This document shows, in pieces, positions 26,438 through 38,638 of a stretch of 64,000 bases of DNA (position 1 is the stretch's first letter; each line of letters opens with the position of its first letter). Position numbers and translations under genes: made by a program. Under the pieces are notes generated by a model, which saw only the letters and a list, made by a program, of their open reading frames with translations, did no database searches and was not told the origin of the DNA. This DNA is from Eledone cirrhosa (taxonomy: Eukaryota), in NCBI GenBank assembly GCA_964016885.1, contig OZ024742.1, positions 353,338,001 through 353,402,000 of the forward strand, in the 5' to 3' direction.

Positions 26438-27700
26438 TTAATTGCCGTGCATTTGTTTTTTCTTGGGGTAGGGTGTGGTTCTGCTATTTTCTTGTCGTTG
26501 TTGCTGGGTGTGTGTGTTTTGTTGTTGTGTTTGCGATGTTGGTGCTTGTGGTGGTGGTGTTGAAGCTGTTGTTATTGTTGGCGGCCGGGATGTCGCCGGT
26601 GGTGATGGTGGTGCTAGTGTGGGTGGTGATGGTGTTGGTGGTGTTGCTGCTGTGAATCTCTTTGCAGTAGCCTTTACCCATTTTTCATTTCTTTCCTCCC
26701 TTTTCGAAGGCGAAGATGCGCTGCTTCTGCGTTTGTGCATTCTTGCGACCTTTTGCCATCCCTCTCCCACCTCACACTCCATGTCTGATTCTGTGAGGTC
26801 GGGGAGGGGTACCAGCTCCACTCTTTCACTTGTTGTTGGTGATGTTTGCAGTGGAGTCTCTGTTGGAGCTGCAGTTGGTATTAATGTTGCTGTTGTTAAT
26901 ACTTCCACTGCTGCTGCTGTTTTTGATTTCCGTGGCGTGGGTATGGGTGCCACGGACGTATCGTTCCCAGGTTGCCGCTTGTCCTGTTGCTGGTAGCAGT
27001 GGGGACGGTTTCGGAAGGAGGGGGGTTTTCTCCTTTCTCAGGGTCTTCTCGTTGCAGAAGGCCCTGAGGTGAGTCTTCGATCCATAGCGAAAGCATTTCG
27101 GGCATTTGCCCTCAACGCATATGGGCAGTTGAGTGCCGTTATCGAAGTCTATCACATCCGGGATAGCTTTGATGCACTCCTGGTTGGTTTGGATTAACAT
27201 CTCAATGGAGGTCCCGACCCAATCTTCTCTTACTCTTTTCTGTACTTGCAGTACAGTTGTTTTGTCCTCGATTCCGACGAGGATTGACTCGGCCAGCCAA
27301 GAAGGGGCCATCCCGGGTGGGACGTGGGTCAGTTTGACCCTCACAATAGGAGGTCACCAATTTGACCCTCACAGTAGGAGGGCACCAATACCATTTTCTT
27401 GCTCCTTAGGGTCACTAAGGATTGAGCCTTTGCCTCCTGGGGTGTGGGAAACAGAAAGTCTACGGTGGCATATTTCTTGCCTCGGGTGATGTGCGTTTTC
27501 CACTGCCACACAGACCTTAAGGCTTTTTGTATTTGAGCCTCTGTGGCTCTTTCAACCCTACGGGATTTTGTGCTTACTGTACGGTACGTGACCGTAGAGT
27601 GCTGTTGGGTTTCGAAAAATTTGTCGGCTGCCTTGCAGATTGCTTGGTGTCCGGTTTTCGTTACCATCTTCTTCGCTTCCTGTAATTCCTCATTTGTCAT
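26438..27700 (-). pseudogene. ORF1 of element A (gag-like, degenerate Zn knuckle, Pro/Thr-rich tail), frameshifted
   Basis: Three overlapping ORFs homologous to 32908..33858. Confidence 0.75.
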
Positions 27701-27858
27701 GAGGATGGTTTCCAGGTTCTTTGCGATACCTGCAAACGAGATTGGTTTTTATTTGCTGCTGTTGTTGTTGTTGTTGTTGTCGTCAGAGATGCTGTTACTT
27801 TTGTTGTTGCTGCAGGTACTACGACTACTGCCGCCGCCGCTGTTGCTGTGGTTGGTGT

Positions 27859-27890
<32 letters not shown>

Positions 27891-28815
27891 TTGCTAAAAA
27901 TGCTGTAGTTATTTATGCTGCTGATGATATTGCGGCTGCTACTGTTGTTTTTCTTGTCACTTTGCTGCTGCTGCTACTGTTATTACGGCTGCTACTGCTA
28001 TTAGTCATGACGTCATACGAATGAAATGGGTTTTCGTATTTCCCGCTCACCTTTTTCCTCGTTGTCGTCGTCGTCGTGGAGAAATGTTCCATGATGTTCA
28101 CGTGATTTTTCTTTACTGGCGTCGCTTGCAAAAGAGAAGTGAGGGAGAGAGACACATTTAGAGAAGGGAGGGAGAGAGACAATCTTCTCTCTGCTGTAGT
28201 GACGATTGAGGAAGTAGAAGACGGAATGAGTGGGAGTGACCTATGAAAATTATTTTTCGTAGCCATGTTTTTTTTTGTTTAAAATAAATATTGGGCACAA
28301 AACCCCAGTAAGCGGTTATTTAACCCCGAAGGGCCAAATAACGGGCAGAAAAACCCCGCTCACGAGGAGGAGGGTGTTTTTGGCTGCAATTTGGTTAAAG
28401 TTTTAAACAATTTACAATTGTTATAGCGGTCAAAATTTGCAATACCTTACAGAGCCTCTGTCAACCATGGCATTCAATAATAATAATAATAATCATAATT
28501 ATTATTATTATTATTATTATAATAATAATTATAATAATGATTTCATTTATTAGCCACAAGGGCCGACATGTAGGGGACAATACAAAGACAGGGACAGTGG
28601 GGGTTTACAATAAGGTCGAGTAAAAGTGCACAATGGCAAGACTAATTTAACAATGAAAATATAAAAATATAAAATAAACTATGCAAAATATAACAAAATA
28701 AATTCCCCAATAGGGGTTGGACGACCCTGGGGTGATTATGGTACCCCACCAATCCTGAACCACCCTGCGCTTCTAGGGCACCCAGGAGAGCACCCCTCTC
28801 CTCAAGTTAGCCAGC

Positions 28816-31800
28816 CTATAGGCGCATGGTCAGAGTAGGCCCATTCACACGAGCCATTCTCGCCACATTCACCCACCTTTTAGCAAATGTACTGGGGGGC
28901 AGCACTTCTCTCTCCACCCTCACCCTCCTTTCCAGGTGAAACTTGAAGAAGTTGATGAGGGATTGGCCGAAGAGAAAAGTGTCTGTCTTTAGTCCTTTCA
29001 ACCTGATCCACCATATAATCTCTTTCGCAACTGCCACCAGACAGAGGAAAATGTCCTGCTCTTCCTGACCTAAGGAAGGTGGCGGCTCGATCTTCACTAT
29101 GAACTCGGCCGATAACTGGATTCGTTCCACACGCGACAGTAGCTGTTCGACATAACTCCACAAGTCAGTAATGCACGGACATTGCACAAGTACGTGCAGA
29201 ACGGTTTCGTCGTTCTGTGCGCATCTTGGGCAGGTCCGTCTGACAGCACTTCCGTGCCTGTAGAGTTTATCCCGAACCGGCAGTGCCCCCCGGTAGCACT
29301 GCCATGCGAGGGATTTCTGGAAATTGTCCATCGTCCCCAGCTCAAAAGTCCTCCGGTACAGACTGGTCAGTTCGACTTCGTCGAGGCCCAAAGCTTCTCC
29401 GAGTGCGTCATCGCACTTGCCCACCACTAATCCTCTATAGAACTCGAGAGTGGAAGTTCCACTGATCGCATTGCCTGCTTGGTAGAGGGCAGTGAGTGCC
29501 TGGCAACATTCCAGGTGCCAGTCACCCGATCTCGGTCTCTTCTTGACCCAGGACTGCAGCTCAGTCAAAGAGATGAACTGCGGAAAGGCCCGTCTGATAA
29601 ACGGCGACCACACCTGTTCACCATTGAGGCAGAATATCTGGAGATGTCGCAGCCTCAACGCATGTCTGCGCATCATTAGCCACGGCATGCCCAGCCCTCC
29701 GCGTAGAGGGTGCTGGCAGCAGATGGACCGCCTCACCAACGGAACTTGTCCCCTCCACAAGAATTTGAAGAGGAGCCGTTCCAACTTGACGAGGCGCGGA
29801 CGGGGGCAAGGCACGACGGTTAGGCGGTAATAGATGACGGACGCGATGTACGCATTCGCCACCTCCACGCGACCTTTCAGTGATAGCTTCCTCCCAGCAC
29901 ATTTTTGGGTGAGACTGGCTACTCTGCTCGTTACCTCGTCCCAATTCTTTTCCACCTGGAGGTCTGGTCCGAACCAAACCCCGAGCAACTTTACTGGTCC
30001 GTCCGTCCAGCGCCCCACGACGCCGTTGGACGGCATGGGCTTGCCTCTCCAGGTTCCGAGCTGCAAGCCCACCGACTTTTCAGGGTTAAGTTTGGCTCCT
30101 GTCAACCTTTCATATTCCTTCAATAAGGTGCCGACCACCTCGATTTCTGAGGTGTTCGACACCATCACGGTGATGTCGTCCGCATAAGCCGACACCGCCT
30201 TTCCACGTCCCGGTTCGAGCGGGATGCCCTGCAACAGCTCCAACTTCCGTAGTAAAGGCTCGAGAGTCAATACGTACAGAAGGGAAGAGAGAGGCACTCT
30301 TGACGGACCGATCGGGAGAGCCGAAATGGTTCCGAGAGATGGCCATTAACCTTGACCACCGAGCGTGTGCCGCTGTGCACTGCAACGATCCAGCTTCTAA
30401 AGACAGGGCCGAAGCCAGCTGCTTTGAGGACAAACTCCAGATACCGATGGTCGACCCTATCGAATGCTTTCGATTGATCTAAATTTATCAGTGCCCCACC
30501 GAAGCCAGGTTTACACCCAACCCTCTCTATGATGTATCGCATGAGGTGGAGATTGTCGTGTATGGACCTGGCTGGGATTGCGCAAGTTTGCGCCTCCCCA
30601 ACCAAATTCTCGACGACAAGCGCCAATCTCTTTGCTAACACCTTGGCCAAAATCTTAAACTCTGTGTTGAGCAGAGTTATGGGCTTGAAGTTGTCTAATG
30701 TATCCATCTTGTTCTCGTCTTTTCTTATCAGCATCACCACTCCCCTGCTCACAGAACTGGGAATACTCCCATTCTGCTGCCAGTTACAGTAGAGTGCTTC
30801 GTAGAGTTCGGAGAACAAGTCTGGCATATTTACGTAAAGCTCGTAGGGCAGGCCATCCAAACCGGGTGACTTGCGCCTCATGCAGCCGACAAGGGCGTCC
30901 TGAATTTCGGCTGAAGTAATCGGCCTTTCGCAGCGCTGAGCGTCGACCGTCGAGATGCGCGGCAAGCCGTCAAGGTAGGGACTGCAATCCGCTACTCTCT
31001 CTGACACGCCACTCTCCCCGAACAACCGAGCAAAGTGCTGGCGAAAGGCCTCACACATCCGCTTGGAATCGCTTATCTCGTGTCCGTCTCGGTCCGCCAA
31101 AGACCGAATTGTGGTTTGATTACCACGCTGCGCCTCCGCCACGCGGGCCCATCGAACAGCTTTAGTTCCCTCGTTTCTCAGCGCACGCGCCTTAGCTCTG
31201 ACAATGCAACATTCGTGTTTGGCATTGAAGAAATGATCTAATGTCATTCTCGCCGCTAGCACGTCAGTTGCGATGCCACTACAAATAGCCTCGTCTAACT
31301 TATCTACCAGCTCCCCCTCCTTTCTATTTTTCTCTAACGCTAGTTCTTTGCTGAACTCTATCGAAGTTACTCTAATCTCTCTTTTGATAGCCCCCCACCA
31401 TCTGTTGTTGATGATCCCCCCTGTCAACTTTTGCTTAACTAACTTATTGACTCTGTCCCTGTAAGCCTTACGTGCCGGAAATGACATGTTCAGCTTCCAG
31501 TAACCCGGTCCTAACCTACGCGTTTTATTTAGGTCGACCGTACAGATCACAAATTTGTGATCTGAATAGGCGACCGTTTTAAAAAGCGGACAGCCCACAC
31601 TATTTCTATCTATTTTCCTAATGAAGATTCTGTCTATATACAATCTAGATGACCCCATTCGGTTGGTCCATGTGTATACTGTCACATTGGGGAAGTCTAG
31701 TCGATACCTGTCAGACAGTTGGAACTGGCTGAGTAGGTGCTTGATGCTTTTCCACCCCCCGCTCCTATCGGCTACTCCCACACAATCCCAGCGTGCGTCT

Positions 31801-32237
31801 AAGATGCCATTCCAGTCCCCCGCTAACAGTAAAGGGCGAGACGTACCCAGAAAGGTCTCCAGGCGCCTAAAGAAGTCAGGTCGTCCGGCGCCTGTAGGGG
31901 CGTAGACGGCAAGCAGTCTAAAGGCACCACCTTCGCTACTGCTCACATCCAAGACCACCAACTTACCGTCCGGGTCCCGGAAGATCGACCTTACCTCGAG
32001 ATCCAGTCCTTTCCTAAACGGCACTGCCACCCCACCCCCCATTCCCGGCCTGCTAACAGATGCGAAGATCTGATAGTCGTCGAAAATGGGGGCTAGTGCA
32101 CGCGTGTCGGAAATTCTGGTCTCGCTTACGGCAATCACATCCATTTCCAGCCACCGGAGGTCGTTGAGCAGGCGACCCTGCTTCCAGGGTGACCCCAGGC
32201 CGCGAACATTTAAACTTCCTACTCTTAATATGGCCAT
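28816..32237 (-). pseudogene. ORF2 of element B: APE + RT + C-terminal CCHC; one frameshift in the QGCPLS motif
   Basis: 656-aa and 493-aa ORFs overlap at ~30267-30297; LNVRGL, GDWN, SDH, DQSKAFDRVDH, YADD, CPRC...H....C. Confidence 0.9.
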
Positions 32238-32907
32238 ATTGGTAAGCTAAGAGAGAGAGAGGGAAGGTTTACTTACCACCCGGGTCTTGTGAAGGTCGGG
32301 TGGTTCGACCTCCATGGTTGGTGGGGTTTCTTTTGGGAACCCCTTTAAAAGTCTTGATGTGGGTTTCACATTCGGGTTTCCCACGTCTTGAGGAAAGCTC
32401 TCTCGAATTTCTTTGAAGGAATTGAGTGACATTCGGACCAGAAGCAAATCTTCTGGCACGCAAAATGTGCTCATTTCAAAAATCTCCCCCTCTGTTTGAA
32501 TGTCCTCGCTTCGCGCTAAAAGGGCCATCAGTTTATCGTTGGCCCTTCTGACAAGCACACGAAGTTTTTAACATTTTGTTGGTTGGTGTGGTTTTATTTG
32601 TTTTCGTTTTGGTGAAGGTGGTGGCGATGGTTTTGGTGGTGTTGTTTCGGGTATGTCTATGTTTGTTGTAGGTGTGGTGTCTGCAATTCAGGTATTTGTG
32701 TGTTTATTTGTACTTGTGTTTGTTTAGGTTGTTTGCGTTTCGGGGATTGTGGAGGTGGTGTCGATGTTGCTGATGGTGCTGATGTTATTGGGGAAGTGTC
32801 TGCGTTAGTGGTGTCTGTATTTTTTGTTGTGTGTGTTTTTGTGTTTTGTTGGGGCTTTTTCTTTTTTGTGAGTTTTCTCTGTTTTTTTTGCACTTTTGGG
32901 TTTTCCT

Positions 32908-33858
32908 TCATCTTCGCTCCTGGAAGACAAAGGGTCTGTGTCTGTGAGTGTCTCTGTGTCTGTGTGTGCGTTTATTTTGTTTGTCTATGTATATAGTTGG
33001 GGGGTAGGGGGGAGTGGGAGAGCTTTCCTCGTTTTCTCCTTGGATTGGTTTTGGTGTTGGTGGTGATCCGGCTGCTTTTGATGTTGGTGTCCGTGTTTTT
33101 GTTGATGTTGTTTTTGGTGGTGGTGGTGGTGGTGCAGCTTTCCGTGCTGACACTGGCGTTGGCAACAAAGGGGGTTTGTGACCCCCTGCATTTTTGCGCT
33201 GAGGGCAGAAGGCTTGAAGATGCGTGGATTCCCCGCAAACGAAGCAACGTGGCCTTCTTCCGTCAATCATTAGTTGGATTGTTTTCCCGTCCTGCAGGCG
33301 GGCAAAATCTGGGATGTTATTTATATCCTCCGGTTTCATTTGGAGAAGAATCTCCAGATCCATTCCGGACCAGTCTTCTCTCTCTGTCCTTTTGATGTCC
33401 AGGAGGGTGGTGTCTGTCCCCTCCTCGATTACGCATCCCAGCAGCCACCATATGTTCATTCCTGGTGGGATGTTGGGAATGCGTACCTTCACTGTCCTTT
33501 TACCCATATAGGACGGATGCATGATAATGCGTTCCGTTCTGCAGGGGATCACCGAGTGCTTAATAGCGAGGGCCTCGGATTTGAACAGTACCGAGATGGT
33601 ACCGAACTGTTTGCCTCTTGCTTTGTACTCTATGTTACTTCCGATGTACTCCAAATCAGCCTCTACCTCTGCTTGGCTCGCAAGTTCCACTTTTCGTGTC
33701 TGCACCGAAATACATCGAAAGAGCACCGTCCTCCTTTGCATGGCCGCTATTGCTTCGTCCGGGATGGTCAGGTTTGCCCAGGACTTCTCCCGTTTAATTA
33801 GCCTCCACGCTTTGGCCAACTGTTCGTCTTTATCGCTAATATCAATATCGATATTCAA
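32908..33858 (-). CDS. ORF1 core of element B (nucleic-acid-binding, CCHC knuckle); N- and C-terminal parts lie in other frames
   Basis: CFVCGESTHLQAFC knuckle, Pro-rich tail, position upstream of APE-RT. Confidence 0.8.
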   Translation of the reverse strand: MNIDIDISDKDEQLAKAWRLIKREKSWANLTIPDEAIAAMQRRTVLFRCISVQTRKVELASQAEVEADLEYIGSNIEYKARGKQFGTISVLFKSEALAIKHSVIPCRTERIIMHPSYMGKRTVKVRIPNIPPGMNIWWLLGCVIEEGTDTTLLDIKRTEREDWSGMDLEILLQMKPEDINNIPDFARLQDGKTIQLMIDGRRPRCFVCGESTHLQAFCPQRKNAGGHKPPLLPTPVSARKAAPPPPPPKTTSTKTRTPTSKAAGSPPTPKPIQGENEESSPTPPYPPTIYIDKQNKRTHRHRDTHRHRPFVFQERR

Positions 33859-33872
33859 TAAGCGCTTTGTTT

Positions 33873-33909
<37 letters not shown>

Positions 33910-34509
33910 AGCAAATGTGGTGTTTCTGATGCTCTTATTGTTGTTGTTGTCATTCTTGCTGTTGCCACCGCCATCTTGTTTACATTGAAGCTGTCGGTGT
34001 TTTTGTCGTTATTGCTCTGAGTTGTTGTTGTGGTGGAGGTGGTGGTGGTGGAGGCGGTGGTGGTGATGTCGTTTTCAGATGATACTGCTGCTATGGCAGA
34101 AGGTTGTGATGGTAGCCATTTTTAGTTTTGCCTTCACATTCAGTAGAGTGGATGACAGGCATGACTGTAGCCGTCGTAGTCGTGGTGAAATCTGCAGTGG
34201 CTGCCTTTAAACTTTTGACCTGAACGTTGTTTACCGTTTCAAGGTCGAAAATTTCCATAATTTTCTTTTGGTGGGGAAGCGATTTTTTTCGAAGATTTTA
34301 AAAAATAAATCTGTATATTCGGGCTTAAAGCCCGAATATTGAGAGGTATCCCTCTCTTTAAATCAAGATGTGTACCTTAAGTTTCGTTAATGACAAGAAA
34401 ATACGAAAAAAAGACACTTTAAAACAGCTTAAAGCTACGAACCTTTTCTCCACAGACTTGTATGTCTTCACACATGTGCGGCCATAATAATAATTATAAT
34501 AATAATATT

Positions 34510-34863
34510 AAAAAAAAAAGATCGTGCCTGATTGTGGGTGTGGCCTGCCCATTCGACACGAGAGTGCAAGAGAAGGAGAGAAAGAAAATTAACCGATACC
34601 AGGACTTAAAGTTGGAGGTAAAAAAGTTTTGGAACTGCCATGAAGTCAAAGTGGTCCCGATTGTCATAGGCGCACTAGGTACTATCTCAAAATGATTCCA
34701 GGGATGGTTAAAGAAAATTGGCCCCGCCCCGCTTTTTGGAACACTTCAAAAGGCATGCTTGCAAGAATCCTCCGTACGTCCTGAATATCGTAATCTGCAG
34801 GTAGTGGCTTGATATTCATTTCAACAAACTTTCCAGTTAACCAACATCAATGACTGAGACTCA
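34510..34863 (+). mobile_element. Older, diverged 3' fragment of the R4/Dong element
   Basis: KRSCLIVGVACPFDTRVQEKERKKINRYQDL; premature stop; (AAT)n tail. Confidence 0.85.
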
Positions 34864-34909
34864 AATAACAATAATAATAATAATAATAATAATAATAGGG
34901 ATGATGATC

Positions 34910-34940
<31 letters not shown>

Positions 34941-35191
34941 CGACGACCACAACGTTGATACATAGTAAATCAGCTATTCTGGTACTGAGGTGTTTGAAGA
35001 AATCCGTAGTTAGTTAAAACAGAATTATACGAGGAGGAATGACTGACCATTAATTAAATTCTGCTGGATAGTAAGACTATCATCTACGGTAAGCGAGAAG
35101 GCGGAAAATAGAAAGAAAATGTAAAATGAGACATCGTTACTACGGCTAAATGAAAAGTATCTTTCTCGGTGGTACGACACAAAGGCAAAGG

Positions 35192-35778
35192 CAATTTGGG
35201 ACACGTACATCAGAGTTAAAGACGCTTTCTCAGATGTGTCACAGAGACAAATTGGGACACAGAAATCTGAGAGAATATACCTCTCTGAGGGGTTTTCGTA
35301 GAAACAATCTTGGACGGTGGTGTTCGAGTTACTGTGACTTTCTCAGAGGTATCTCAGAGACAATCTGGGACAGAGACACCCCAGTTAAAGTAGCTCAGTC
35401 AGATGTAGATGTATCGCAGAGAATTTGGGACATAGACGTCTGAGTTAACGTAGCTTTCTCAACAGTATAGCAGGAACGATCGACTTTTGTGAAATCAGAG
35501 CGAGAAAATTATCTTCCCGTTGGTCTTTCCTGTTGCTAATACCATCTATCGGTGGCAACTCCACGTAGAAGGAGCAACTTCAACTAAAGTCTCTTGCTCA
35601 AGGTCATAACGAGAATCAAACGCACAGTCCCTCGATTGCGAATCCAATTATCTAACCACTCAGCCACACGCCTTCAACAGTATAGCAGATATCATTTTGG
35701 ATAGAGACGCGTGAGATGAAGCAACTTTGTCAGATGTATCGGAAAGAAAATCTGGGACAGAGACGTTTGAATTAACGA
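35192..35778. repeat. Degenerate ~56-bp minisatellite interrupted by a SINE
   Basis: Recurrent AATYTGGGACA...GAGTTAA...CTTTCTCAGATGTATC. Confidence 0.65.
35474..35673 (-). mobile_element. SINE family 2 with 15-bp target-site duplication
   Basis: TCAACAGTATAGCAG at 35459-35473 and 35674-35688; head GGCGTGTGGCTGAGTGG on -. Confidence 0.75.
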
Positions 35779-36199
35779 GTAACACGACTTAGTATATGTA
35801 CTCCAATGAAAAGGGACGGAACAGTACTAATTAATTTCATCATTAATTTTCCGTGCAAAAGGAACGTGATATAATGGAAATCTTCCTCTAGACCTTAGCA
35901 CAATATGGGAATGTAATTATTTCAGATATACTCAGAAAAATATGTTTTAGACATTCAGAGAAATAGTCTGACAGTACAAAGGATTTTAATCAATGATTTG
36001 AATAATTTAAATGAAATATTATCTTTAGTGTATATTTTCATTTCCTCAATATGTCATTGCCTTATATACAGCATGCGACTTAGGGAAAGAAAAACATATT
36101 TATCATGAGATATTAAATGACAAATTACAGACCGTTTCCATTATCAGTTATTCTTTATTATGAATAGCAAAACAACCAATTTATATTTTAATTAACATG

Positions 36200-36370
36200 A
36201 TTGTTTCTACTTTTGGCAGAAGGCCAGCAATTATCCCAGTACATTACTGGTACTTTATTTTATCGACCACGTAAGTATGAAAGGCAAATCTAAACTCAGC
36301 GGATTTCCCTGCAAACGGACGCAACCCTCCTAAAAAGTATTGTGTCCGCCCCACTACCGATAGTGCCATA
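36200..36370 (-). mobile_element. SINE family 1, diverged
   Basis: Reverse-complement core. Confidence 0.7.
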
Positions 36371-36471
36371 TGCGTTCACAAATTTGAACGTACATCTGTT
36401 TGTTCTTTCCGATATCTTTCTATCTATACCCATTTAGTCTCACTCAATATCTGTTTTTCAATTCACCTGTG

Positions 36472-36515
<44 letters not shown>

Positions 36516-36520
<5 letters not shown>

Positions 36521-36710
36521 ATGTATGACACCTACAGCAGAGCTCAAGCCGTTCCGACGGCTATTTCTGGAGTACAGAAAGAGCCGTCTAAACGGTTTGA
36601 GCTTTGTCGTCGGGGTCATACATTTTTCTATTACCCACTCTACTTCCCTAAGTATTGAGTACTCTGGTGCGTTATGGTCCATCTGGTTCCTTACCACAAC
36701 TACTTCTCTA
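36516..36710 (+). repeat. Short fold-back element, same family as 46678-47018
   Basis: Hairpin 36516-36628, then ...TGGTTCCTTACCACAAC end; (TA)n both sides. Confidence 0.7.
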
Positions 36711-36725
36711 AATATATAGATATAG

Positions 36726-36832
<107 letters not shown>

Positions 36833-37204
36833 ATAAAAAAATATATATATACACAGTTCAAGAGTAACCAATCTTAAAAAGAGAGATAGAGATAGGAGAG
36901 GAGATACGAGAGGAGAAATTGGTGAATTAATTAGAAGCCAAAGCGTAACGGGGTGTGCTCAATGTGCAATATGCAGTGGAAGGCAGCTAGGTGGCTGGTT
37001 TCATGCAGAGGTTAGGTGCACAGAGCTGGAAATATTCATTAGTTAAGCAAAACAAGACCACAGATTTCACAAGGAAGACATTATTAAAAGATTGTCAACA
37101 TATTATAGTTTGATGTCAGGAATGTAGAAAATAATAATAATAATATTAATAATAATTGTTTCTACATTAGGGACAAGGCCAGCAATTATTCAGTACATTA
37201 CTGG

Positions 37205-37229
<25 letters not shown>

Positions 37230-37236
<7 letters not shown>

Positions 37237-38328
37237 CAAATGAATATATGTTAGGGATAAACACTGATACAAGTTTGCATGTGTTTGCATTGCAAATGAC
37301 CAAGTTAGCTAGATTGAATAATAGTAATTAAAATAATACGGTTTGCCTGTCTCGATTTAAAATAATAAATCAATAAAAACAAACCTATATTGGCAATAGC
37401 CGTCATACCTGGAAAAATTTAAATGTTAAACTTTAAATTTGTTTCGCAACAATTAAGTGAAATTTCCTATTCCTGTGCTCTTCTGCAGGTATCCAGAAAT
37501 TGATAAGTTTCACTTCAAAATACTTAGGAAGACTGAGAGAAATGTGTTGTTGAACGGACATGTATCCCAGCGTCTAGCTCGTCCTATACTCGTGCCGCTA
37601 AATATAGGTTTGTTTTTATTGATTTATTATTTTAAATCGATACAGGCAAACCGTATTATTTTAATTAGTATTTTTCAATCTAGCTAACTTGGTCGTTTGC
37701 AATGCAAACACATGCATACTTGTATCAGTATTTATTGCTATCATATATTCATTTGTATTACACGGCTCAGAAATATCCCTTTCTTTGAGCTATTTAATAG
37801 TAAAAAACTATTTGAGTTTATAACTCTATATATAATATTCTCGGCTCCATGCGTTGAGCTAATTTTTAGTCCCATAAAACCGGCTGCTATTTTTAACGCC
37901 ACGAGTGTAGGACGATCTAGACGCTGGGATACATGTGCGTTCAACAACACATTTCTCTCAGTCTTCCTAAGTATTTTGAAGTGAAACTTACCAATTTCTG
38001 GATACCTGCAGAAGAACACAGGAATAGGAAATTTCACTTAATTGTTGCGAAACAAATTTAAAGTTTAACATTTAAATTTGTCCAGGTATCACGGCTATTG
38101 CCAATATAGGTTTGTTTTTATTGATTTATTATTTTAAATCGAGACAGGCAAACCGTATTATTTTAATTAGTATTATTCAATCTAGCTAATTTGGTCATTT
38201 GCAATGCAAACACATGCATACTTGTATCAGTGTTTATCCCTATCATATATTCATTTGTATTACACGGCTCAGAAATATCCCTTTCTTTGAGCTATTTAAT
38301 TGTAAAAGATTATTTGAGTTTATAACTC

Positions 38329-38340
<12 letters not shown>
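37230..38340. repeat. Tandem/inverted non-coding repeat, ~502-bp unit, with rearranged junctions
   Basis: 37697 and 38199 are direct copies; 37236-37400 and 37400-37595 are inverted copies; (TA)n both sides. Confidence 0.85.
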
Positions 38341-38418
<78 letters not shown>

Positions 38419-38549
38419 ATAAATGCTCTGAAATAGCGATATATATGTGAATATAGACATAGAATATTCGAAAATATTCTGTATGTTTATAATAAACATT
38501 TTGAAGACCTAATCGCTATAGAATAGAATACGTCACGTATTACAATTAG

Positions 38550-38638
38550 ATTCTCGATAAAAGCAAGGGAAGTAATCTACGCGTTTCATTCTCGTTAGAA
38601 ATCATCAGGACTACATATCCAGTGCTTTTATCGAGAAT
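38550..38638 (-). ncRNA. Type I hammerhead ribozyme (first of 7 minus-strand copies, every 310 bp to 40410-40498)
   Basis: Reverse complement of the motif at 40702-40790. Confidence 0.8.

Larger units (their letters stand above)
22416..28475 (-). mobile_element. Tx1/L1-type LINE A, near full length, multiply frameshifted
   Basis: ORF1 fragments 27700-26438 (degenerate knuckle CFRYGSKTHLRAFC), APE and RT fragments 26080-22690; flanked by (AAT)n. Confidence 0.88.
28539..34483 (-). mobile_element. Tx1/L1-type LINE B, near full length and nearly intact
   Basis: ORF1 plus ORF2 with a single ORF2 frameshift near 30290; (AAT)n on both sides. Confidence 0.92.

Noticed and set aside
19902-33988. Numerous ORFs antisense to or overlapping LINE ORFs
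   Set aside because: Shadow frames of retrotransposon coding sequence
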